Of a stretch of DNA of 50,235 nt, positions 40,744-50,235 are shown piece after piece. The notes beneath the pieces are model-generated. The model did not search any database, was not told where the DNA came from, and was given only the letters and a program-made list of their open reading frames with translations. Position numbers and translations under genes: made by a program. Within the stretch, counting starts at the first letter, position 1. Every line of letters starts with the position of its first letter. The stretch is from Chromera velia (Eukaryota), in assembly GCA_018398765.1 (NCBI GenBank), contig JAHBMJ010000336.1, positions 1 to 50,235 on the forward strand. Reading direction: 5' to 3'.

Positions 40744-41692
40744 TTAGCTCGCTGACACTGGTCGAGGGAAACCAACGGCCACCAGCACGGCAAAGAAAGC
40801 ATCCGAGATAAACTGCGGAACTGCGCAGAGAATCAGAAATCCCCAAAGATCCACCTGCCAGCGAAATACGACCACACGCGGAGGGCTTCGCGCCACGGCG
40901 GAGCGCGCCAACTGTCTCGTCACTGTCTCAGGCGAACAGGCAAAAAGCCACAGAAAGAATGACAGGGATTTCCTCAAACGTGTATGATATTCCGATCCGT
41001 ATGCTTCATACACCGAGTCTTTATTCGTGCTCCCCTTGCATCTTGAGAGTTTCGCATCTTGCATCCCGCCACTGTCTCTTCCTCCTGGACCCTCTGTCTG
41101 TCCCTCATGAGGAGGGTATTCTCCTTTCGACTGCAAGGAGCCATCGTTGACCTTCAAACTACGCCCTTCTGTGTCTCCTCCTTTTGCTTCCCCCCTCGAT
41201 GAGACGGACGGAGGCCTTTCCTCTTCGACACCCATCTCCTCCCTCTCCCTCTCGCTTTCATGCAATTTGTCGAAGAGGTGTGTATTTGCCCCTCCAGGCT
41301 CTGCAGCGAGAGGGCGTAGCAGGAGCGCGTGATGGAAGACAGGATCTGTCTATGCTTGAATTTCACTTGACTTTATGGAAACACTGACTGGCGTCAATGA
41401 CTGACTGACTCTCTGACTGGCTCACTGACAGAGCGACTAAATACATGAATCGACGAGCGAAAGAACGAGGCAACGAAGGAAGAAATCAGACAAGAGATGT
41501 TACAGTAGGCAATGCAGGTCGAAAGCAGGACCCCACCAAGAGCCTCAGGGGTGTTCCTTTATCTTTTCGTTGCAATGCGCAGGCATCCTAGGAGGAATGG
41601 AGAAGAATAAAGGTATCGGGAGGAATTAGAGAAAATGGCCATTGGTTTGACGACGGGCTGCAGAAACGCAATTCAAACCGAAGCCAGATAGA

Positions 41693-41759
<67 letters not shown>

Positions 41760-43610
41760 ACCTGCGAGGACAACCCGGACACCCCACTGCCCCATTTCCC
41801 GTCTGAGCGTCTCTGTAAGCCCCCGCACAGCGCTCTTGCTGGCAACATACGCCGACAGAAATGGAAATCCCGCACCGCTCCGACCCAAAATACTCCCCAT
41901 GTTGACAATTCTCGCGGGCCCGGGAGGCAGATGTCTGCACCTCGTTTTCCTGTCTACAGCAGCCCGGAAGTTTTCATGGTGCCACTGACGAAGCAATGGG
42001 AGGAAGAGGCGCGCGCACCGGGCAACTCCAAGAACGTTAACCTGCAAATTGAATAATGCAAAGAAGATTCCCCCCCGTGTGTGAATACCTACCTACCTAC
42101 ATGTGTGGAACCTGAGTGGAAAACAGTGGAACCTGAGTGGAACCTGGGTGGAACCTGAGTGGGAAAGAGTGGAACCTGGGTGGAACCTGAGTAAAAAAAG
42201 TGGAACCTGAGTGGAAAAAGGTGGAACCTGGGTGGAACCTGAGTAAAGAAAAGTGGAACCTGGGTGGAACCTGAGTAAAAGAAGTGGAACCTGAGTGGAA
42301 CCTGGGTGGAACCTGAGTAAAAAAAGTGGAACCTGAGTGGGAAAAAGTGGAACCTGAGTGGAACCTGGGTGGAACCTGAGTAAAAGAAGTGGAACCTGGT
42401 TGGAACCTGAGTAAAAAAAGTGGAACCTGAGTGGAACCTGGGTGGAACCTGAGTAAAAAAAGTGGAACCTGAGTGGGAAAAAGTGGAACCTGAGTGGAAC
42501 CTGAGTAAAAAAAGTGGAACCTGAGTGGGAAATCCAAGAACGAAAGGGGAAAGATGTTTTTTGTACAAAAATAAAGACCCCCACCACGCTCCACGGTCAC
42601 GTAGCCAGATTTATGGAAGCATGCTTACAAGGTAGGGAAGTGAAGATGACGTGCCGGTGACTGACCCACTGCCATTAATCTAGGAGAGTGAGAGAAAGAA
42701 AGAAAGAAAGAAAGGAAGAAAGAAAGGATGGAGGGAAGGACGAAAAGCAACTTCCCTTCCCTTCCCTTCCCTCTCCTTCCCTGAAACCACTTACTTCGAA
42801 AACCCGACGCCACGCTTCTTCACTCATGAGCTCAAATCCTCCAAACTCGAACACTCCTGCGTTGTTGATCAGACAGAAAAGCCCGGGAGGCCTGATCATC
42901 CCATCCTTCCTTTTAGCCTTACGGACGTCTTGACACTCACCCCTGTTTTCTATAGTGTTATCTCGCCGCCCATCGTCCTCAAACATTTCCTCTCCGAGCC
43001 TCCCTGTTGCAAAATGAGATTTTGGCTCTGTCGCATAATAGAGATCCTCAAGTATTGAGGAGACTCGCCGCACGGCCTTCTGTACAGAAATTTCACAAGA
43101 AACGTCCGCTTGAATGACGTGAAGCAGGTCTTCTCCCTGTCGTCTCCCTCCAGTTGTCTCTCTTCCCTTTTCCTTCCCAACAGAACCACCACAACCAGAT
43201 GCTGCAGGTGCATCCACAGGATCCACCACTCCATTCCCGGAAACTCCAGGAAGGAGACTCACGAGCGTGTCTCGCACGGCTCTTTCCTCGCCAAGACAAA
43301 GGGCGAAGACAGAGCACCCATTCACGCACAGATCCCGCGCAACCAGCTGCCCTGCACGCATGCAGAGGAATGAAAAAGGGCGCGAATAGAGAGACGAGCG
43401 CTGGTGCAGGACATTCTTGACGGCAGTTACTTCACACGTTCAAAAGCAAGACACACCACTTCAAAAAAAGCCCATGCATGGGAACCCACCGAAGCCGCTG
43501 TCACATCCCGTGACCACGACCGAAAGGAAACGCCGGTCTTCGAGGGATGCGGCGGAACTCCAGTTCGGCAACAAATTCCGCAAATGTTGGAGCCAATCTG
43601 AAAGGGTCAT
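40744..43610 (-). CDS. Short-chain dehydrogenase/reductase (RDH/17-beta-HSD-like), four exons
   Basis: VVVTGCDSGFG|G, DVS, LINNAGV, FE|VNVLG, RIVNMGS, catalytic YVASK, and VLA|EPG, joined across phase-compatible GT-AG introns. Confidence 0.92.
42104..42530. repeat. Intronic minisatellite of GTGGAACCTGR 11-mers with A-rich linkers
   Basis: GTGGAACCTGA/GTGGAACCTGG units interspersed with GTAAAAAAA/GGGAAAAA. Confidence 0.9.
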
Positions 43611-44299
43611 TGCTCGGGAAGTGCGGGAGAGGAGAACGGGAAAATTCGGTTGAATGCTTATCGGGTCAAATTGCACTGCAAAAGAGCATTCAGGAGACTC
43701 TGAGTCCCGCGAAAAAGTAGACGGCAACTTTCAAACGCTTATAGAGCGGTCTCAAATCGAGGCGGTCTTGAAGGGACAGGTTTGTCAAGATGGACTGAAG
43801 AGACAGAAAAATTTGAGCACCACAACAGCTCGACACGCTCCTCCGAGTGTGGGATGGCAGTGGGCATGTACACGCTCGTGCTCTTGAAGCAACTCGCTGT
43901 GATGGAAAGAAGTCTGGCTTAGTCTGGCTTCTGTAAATCACCATAAGTCACCCTTCTGGGAGGAGACGGCATGGATTGTCCATGCATATCGACCGAGCTC
44001 ATGAGCTATTCCGAGCCATTTAAAGACGGGTGCCGAGCTACGGGTGACATTGTAGGTGACATCAGGTGACGTGATTCTTCCATGATCCTCCGCATTCCTC
44101 CGCTATCTGCACCGAATTCGGGCGAGGGCTTTAACAGCATTATTGAGTAGATTTAAGTACTGAGCAGTTGATGGATCAAGCAGCACTTACCGAGAAGAAT
44201 AGAAACAGTGTTGTTGACGTCGGTACAGCTTAATTTCTTGCCCACAGATACCAGACTGAGAACGTACTCCATTCTCCTCCTCACTGTCAGCGGGCGCAA

Positions 44300-45430
44300 A
44301 TGTCCCAGCACAGTAGCTCAAGTTCGTTGCAGGCAGCGGACAGAGATGAAGGTGGAAATTTCGAAACATTTGGGGATAAGACAGCTTCTGAGGGTCTGGG
44401 AAGCCCGCTTCCTCCTACCTTCCCCCTAAGTTCCGCCGTCTCTTTTTCACAACGTGCAATCCTCTGGCTTCTCCGCCGCATTCTGCTTCCTCTGTCACCC
44501 CCGACTTCAGAGGGTGATGAAGAGGAACTCAGCTTCGCAGCATCTCTTTCTGTTGCTGCCTTCATTCGCTCAAACGGTGAAAGCATCAGCAACAACGCTG
44601 CAGGAAGAGAAGGGCAGTCGAGTGACAACAGTCAGGCGTCACGCCGTGCCTCCCATGGCCTACGTCCATGGCTTTCTCCCTGTAAGTTGGGGGAGGTTTC
44701 TCCTGGGATCGGTTTCGACGACTGGCCTGCAAAGTTTGTCTCCAAGGAGACCCTAGCGAGGTTCCGGACAAAACGTCTCATAACGCTGCCTCCTCACCTA
44801 CGGCCATTGGGGGCGGATCTCCTCTCGGGGGGCGCGGAATTTCATCCCTCTCTTCGTCGCTTTCTTTTTTCGGTTGAGTACAGAGGCTTTGAGGTCAGGA
44901 TCCTGTCCGAGGCCCAGCCTGAGGAAGAGTTTTTCGGACTGCGTGTTTTCTTTCCGGCAGTCTTTTTTCGTTTTGCTGTGTCTTGTTGCGAAACAGAAGT
45001 GGAGGTGGAGCGTCGGTTTTCGGATTTTGTCACATTACATGCGGGATTGCGCAGAAAGTTAGAGATCCGAACTGCCGCTCTGCAGAGACAGAAAGAAAAA
45101 CAAAAACGGGGGGGAACGAAAGCTTCTGCTCAGGCAGGCCCCTCTTCAGTTCCCTTGCCGTGTCTCCCTCCGAAGACGTGGGCAGCACACGAGACACGAC
45201 CCAGTGTGTGTGCAACGCGAGGATACGCGCTTGCTTCCTTTCTCTGTGCCTTGTTGTCCACTGAAGATTCCATTGGAAGGAGACCTTTCTGCAGAGACCG
45301 GAATGTGCGTGGTTTCTTCAAGCTCGACAGGCTACGGGAGATCCTTAGCGCTTCAGAACGCGAAAAGCACGTCTCAAATCTCCGAAGAGTTCCAAGCGAA
45401 CAAAGATTTCGGTGTGGCCCACCTGACTGA
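44300..45430 (+). CDS. PX (phox homology) domain protein, intronless, 376 aa
   Basis: VERRFSDFVTLHAGL...LPCLPPKT...RGYALASFLCALL...VRGFF are PX hallmarks. Confidence 0.8.
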   Translation: MSQHSSSSSLQAADRDEGGNFETFGDKTASEGLGSPLPPTFPLSSAVSFSQRAILWLLRRILLPLSPPTSEGDEEELSFAASLSVAAFIRSNGESISNNAAGREGQSSDNSQASRRASHGLRPWLSPCKLGEVSPGIGFDDWPAKFVSKETLARFRTKRLITLPPHLRPLGADLLSGGAEFHPSLRRFLFSVEYRGFEVRILSEAQPEEEFFGLRVFFPAVFFRFAVSCCETEVEVERRFSDFVTLHAGLRRKLEIRTAALQRQKEKQKRGGTKASAQAGPSSVPLPCLPPKTWAAHETRPSVCATRGYALASFLCALLSTEDSIGRRPFCRDRNVRGFFKLDRLREILSASEREKHVSNLRRVPSEQRFRCGPPD

Positions 45431-45720
45431 CTGAGTCAGTATCTGATCAGGCTGAGGCTGAGTGTCACACGTGTACTGGCACGTGTAGAGCTCGGTACAT
45501 GTAGAGCCGCCGCTAGTACTAAGCGTTAGATAAAACCTTATACTAGACCTTATAGTAACTTGTAAGTGGCTAGACATATAGCTAGACATCTGCATGGTGA
45601 ATAACATAGGTAAGGGATAACTAGAGGGATAAAGATCAGGAATAGGACTAGGCGCCGGCTAGAGAAAAAAAAAAAATGAGTGATAAGTGATTTAGTGGTG
45701 CCTTAGAGCATTGTCACCGT

Positions 45721-46749
45721 TAGTGCTAAGAAAAAGTTTAAGGTTCAAGGTTCACTTCGAAGTAATGAACCTAAATCAGTTTCAAAAACAGGTTCACTTT
45801 TAATTAATAGAAACCTCATTTTTTTGTGTTATTTTATGCCTTTAAATTAGGCTTTAATGCATTTTTACAACGTTTTATTATAGAATCTATGCCTTTATAG
45901 TGTTTTTAAATAGTTTAAATCAACATTTACGCTCATATTACTAGTGACATTAGGTACTAGTCTCAAGTTATTCACTGTTTATAGTCGAAAATTAGTAATC
46001 AAAAAAGCCTGAAAAAATTGGAAAATGCCATAATTAAATTTATATGATCGTATCAATCATGACAATTTAGTCAACATAAGACCGTCACAGCGTTTCTTTC
46101 TTTCTTTCATCTGCTCACCGGTTGCCCTGCGGCCCCCGCTCCTCCCCTCCCTCTCTGTGCACCGCCACCTCTTTGACCTGCTGCTCCCGGCCCGGCCTGT
46201 TACCCCCCCCCCTGCTCCCCGATCATGTGATTGTGAATTAGCAATATTGTATTACCTGCTTTGTACTTCGCATGAGGAGCAACATTCTTCTTCAACCCCC
46301 TTCTCATCCACTTCGGAGCCTGCCCGGTGTTGTACTCAGTCCCCATGTATGAAATTTCTAACCATCGTACCGTTATCGTTGGAACCCCCCTCTTGGAAAA
46401 GGTGCACACAATCTCAAGCTTTCCCTGCATACCAACAAAGAGGGCGTTTGGCCCGCAGCGGAATGTCAACACATCCCCCCTCTTAGGGTACTGGTAGCTC
46501 TACAGAACGGCGGGAGGGGCCCTAGGAGGGGCTTCCCCCTCCCCCCCCCCGTTGCTGTGCGCGCGGCTCTGGCTCCTTATTTCACCTATATCGGCTGCGA
46601 GCGGCGCGGGCCTGGCCAGCCTTGTGCCAGTGGCCGCACGTCTGGCCTCCAAAACAGGTTTAAAACAGGTTTAACAGGTTCAAAACAGGTTTAACAGGTT
46701 CACTTTTTCAGATTTGAACCTTTTCTCAATGAACCTTTTCCCAGCCCTA
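45721..46749. mobile_element. Non-autonomous hAT-like DNA transposon, 1029 bp
   Basis: Termini TAGTGCTAAGAAAAAGTTTA and (reverse complement) TAGGGCTGGGAAAAGGTTCA. 8-bp TSD GTCACCGT (45713-45720) / GTCGCCGT (46750-46757). Subterminal AACAGGTT/GGTTCA repeats at both ends. Confidence 0.8.
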
Positions 46750-47469
46750 GTCGCCGTTTTGTCTTAAAAGATTAATGTCTGGAGGATTAGCCTCCTGCCA
46801 GCCCCAATACACCGAGCGTTTACCTGGCTATAAGGCGAATGCAACTTGACGCAAGCACAGTTGAAGCACTAGCGCCGTTTCGTCTTTGTTGCTCTAGGAT
46901 AGGATTTATGTTCCGGGTGCCCTCTGCGGGCCTGCTGGTTCACTACCTAGAAAACTAGCTAGAAAAGGCTTATACCGTCGGCGGTTTCGTTAAATACCTG
47001 GTCTGGAGCTCCAAAAGCATTGTAGAGATCTTCAAAACTCCAATTTAACCATCTTGGAATGGCATCTCCCTAGCCACTGGAATATCTCTATTATCATTTT
47101 TGAGAGTATACTTTCAAACATTCTTCTGAAAGCAATTTTTATAATTATGAATGAAATTCGATCTATAAAGAATCTCAATGATCTAGTACGTCAATGATTT
47201 TTTTAAAAACGAATTTTAAATAAGTATCAAGTTAATAACCTGTTATAAACTTGAATATGTTGTGTATAAGACAATCTTAGGCCCTACACTTGCTGAATAA
47301 AAAAAGAAAAAAAAAAAGTTTTGCTACTTTTTAATTTTTTATTTATTTATCCACTAAACAACAATTGTTTTTTATGTACTGGCAACACTCTCTGCAAGAC
47401 TCATACAACACTTGAACAACAGTTGTTTATCTAGTTTAGGGAGTGATACCCTGCAAGTTTGAGTAGTTT

Positions 47470-50235
47470 AGATGAGTAATTTAAAGTAATTTAGAGTAAT
47501 TTAGCTTAGTAATTTAAAGTAATTTAGAATAGTAAACTAAAGTAATTTGGAAAGCTTAATTACTAATTTTGGTCAAACTTTGGAGGTCGATTTCTCATAA
47601 ACCATAAGATGAGGGTCTGGAGGAGGAGAAGCTAGAGGAGAAGAGTCATGCAACAGAGAAGAGAAAGAAGAAAAAGAAGAAGTAGAAAAAGCTAGAGGGG
47701 GAGCAAGCTGGTCATGAGAATTCTGTGGTTTTCTTGTGTAACCAGCCTGTGAAGCCAGCATTTAAAGGAGAGGACACCTCCTCCTTTAACCCCCTAAAAA
47801 ACAGCTCTTCCCTTTCTCCTCTTTTTAATTGTACAAAAGACGGCAGTTGCGATGTTTGACTATTTGGCAAGCCAGCACGAGTGCAGCGCACGTGCAACCG
47901 TCGGGCCTGGAGGGCGTATGACACGTCTCATTATTGAGGGGGGGGGCGGGACTCCAGAGTCATGGCAGAACACAGTCTTCCACGCACACTAGCAAATCTG
48001 CGAGGAGCTAAGCCTTGTGAGATGGCCCCAGGGTCGTTTAGGCTTTTGTTGATTCCCCAAAACTTTGGCTTCTGCAGAGTCATGCGCTTGATGCACTCAT
48101 GTGTGTTTTGTTGTTTGAATGCATATATGCGTGTATGATGTGTATCTCTTTTCTGTCAATTCTTCCATCTTCACAAAACGGTTTTCTTCTGCAAGAATCT
48201 TTTTCCTTCCCCGGCTTTCTGCCAGCAGAATCCAGCTAAAAACTTTTTTCTCTTTCTTTCGAAAAAACCTATTCAGATTAATATTGTAAACATTTACAAA
48301 AAACCCGTTTCCCCCTCTCATCTCTCCTTTTCTTCACTGAGTCTCTCTTTTCTCATAAAATTCAATATATGAATATGGTGTATGCATGTGCTGAGCCTTT
48401 ATGTCTCCATACGCCCCCGCAGTGTTGCTGTGCTTCTTTCTGCTTTCATTGAGGCCAGATAGTGCTCATTGTTCAGCGGTTAGTGTGGGAAGACATCGAG
48501 TCGTTTTGAGCTAGCGCTTTCAATTGCCCTTCTCTCTCAATCTGGGCTTGCCTCTACTTGCCTCTTTCTGTATGCACGTTTTGAATAGACAAAAAATAAA
48601 CAATGCATGCCATGCCCCACAGTTAGCCAGAGCCCAAGTAGTGTGCTCACCAGCTTTAAGTTTAACTGCCTCAATTCAATTCAATTTAATTTAATTCAAT
48701 TTAAGATGAGTAATTTAAAGTAATTTAGAGTAATTTAGCTTAGTAATTTAAAGCAATTTAGAGTATAATTTAAAGTAATTTAGAATAGTAAACTAAAGTA
48801 ATTTGGAAAGCTTAATTACTAATTTTGGTCAAACTTTGGAGGTCGATTTCTCATAAACCATAAGATGAGGGTTTGGAGGAGAGGAAGCTAGAGGAGAAGA
48901 GTCATGCAACAGAGAAGAGAAAGAAAAAAAAGAAGAAGCAGAAAAAGCCAGAAGGGGGGCAAGCTGGCCATGAGAATTCTGTGGTTTTCTTGTGCAACCA
49001 GCCTGTGAAGCCAGTGTTTGAAGGAGAGAACACCTCCTCCTTTAACCCCCTGAAGAACAACTCTTCCCTTTCTCTTCTTTCTGTACAGGAGACAGCAGTT
49101 GCGATGCTTAACTATTTAGCAAGCCAGCACAAGTGCAGCACGCGTGCAACCATCGGGCCTGGAGGGCGCATGACACGTCTCATTATTGAGGGAGGGGACG
49201 GAACTTTAGAGTCATGGCAGAGCACAGTCTTCCAGGCATACCAGCAAATCTGCAAGGAGCTTGTGAGATGGCCCCAGGGTCGTTTGGGCTTTTGTTGATT
49301 CCCCAAGACTTTGGCTTCTGCAGAGTTATGCGCTTGATATACTCATGTGTGTCTTGTCGTTTGAATGCATATATGCGTGTATGATGTGTGTCTCTGTTTT
49401 ATCAATTCTCCCGTCTTCACAAAACGGTTTTTTTCTGCAAGAATCTCTTTCCTTCCCCGGCTTTCTGCCAGCAGAATCTAGCTAAAAACTTTTTTCTCTT
49501 TTTTTCAAAAAAATCTATTCAGATTAACATTGTGAGCACTTACAAAAAACCCGTTTCCCCCTCTCATCTCTCCTTTTCTTCACTGAGTCTCTCTTTTTTC
49601 ATAGAATTCAATATATGAATATGGTGTGTGCATGTCCCGAGCCTTTATATCTCTATGCGCCCCCGCAGTGTTGCTGTGCTTCTTTCTGCTTTCATTGAGG
49701 CCAGATAGTACTCATTGTTCAGCGGTTGGTGTGGGAGGACATCCAGTTGTTTTGAGCTAGCGCTTTCAATTGCCCTTCTCTCTCAATCTGGGCTTGCTTC
49801 TTTCTGTATGCACGTTTTGAATAGACAAAAAACAAACAATGCATGCCATGCCCCACAGTTGATCAGAGCCTAAGTAGTGTGCTCACCGGCTTTAAGTTTA
49901 ACTGCCTCAATTCAATTCAATTTAATTTAATTCAATTTAAGATGAGTAATTTAAAGTAATTTAGAGTAATTTAGCTTAGTAATTTAGCTTAGTAATTTAA
50001 AGCAATTTAGAGTATAATTTAAAGTAATTTAGAATAGTAAACTAAAGTAATTTGGAAAGCTTAATTACTAATTTTGGTCAAACTTTGGAGGTCGATTTCT
50101 CATAAACCATAAGATGAGGGTCTGGAGGAGGAGAAGCTAGAGGAGAAGAGTCATGCAACAGAGAAGAGAAAGAAGAAAAAGAAGAAGTAGAAAAAGCTAG
50201 AGGGGGAGCAAGCTGGTCATGAGAATTCTGTGGTT
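47470..50235. repeat. Macrosatellite of about 1.235-kb units (about 2.2 copies, continues off the window)
   Basis: Units begin AGATGAGTAATTTAAAG at about 47470, 48704 and 49940. Each has AGTAATTTA subrepeats and a remnant ORF-like segment. Confidence 0.95.

Noticed and set aside
42089..42600. Three overlapping ~160-aa repetitive ORFs
   Set aside because: Artefact of a stop-free minisatellite inside the SDR intron.
44008..44030. Dinoflagellate spliced-leader relic (TCCGAGCCATTT)
   Set aside because: Short gapped match lacking the GGCTCAAG end.

Overview
Eukaryotic genomic DNA with GT-AG introns full of (CT)n, (CA)n, (GAAA)n and (TCTG)n microsatellites and recurrent TGCATGCA motifs. An alveolate such as a chromerid is my inference, not proven. 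Host genes sit mainly as three head-to-head pairs: R3H-domain protein / EEP nuclease-phosphatase, DM10-like protein / cyclic-nucleotide-binding K+ channel, and SDR oxidoreductase / PX-domain protein. There is also an intronless signal-peptide gene whose HIT-like motif is split by a +1 frameshift. Gene blocks are separated by AT-rich islands of mobile and repeat DNA. Main observations: (1) an intact small HNH-nuclease ORF enclosed by a perfect 23-bp inverted repeat, divergent from a Tc1/mariner-like transposase 5' end; (2) an extreme C>T/G>A transition bias in the repeats, RIP-like; (3) the frameshift falls on TCC TTT C, which resembles the influenza PA-X +1 slippery site; (4) short insertions and duplications centred on splice sites of the channel gene. 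All exon models were assembled by eye, so boundaries are approximate.
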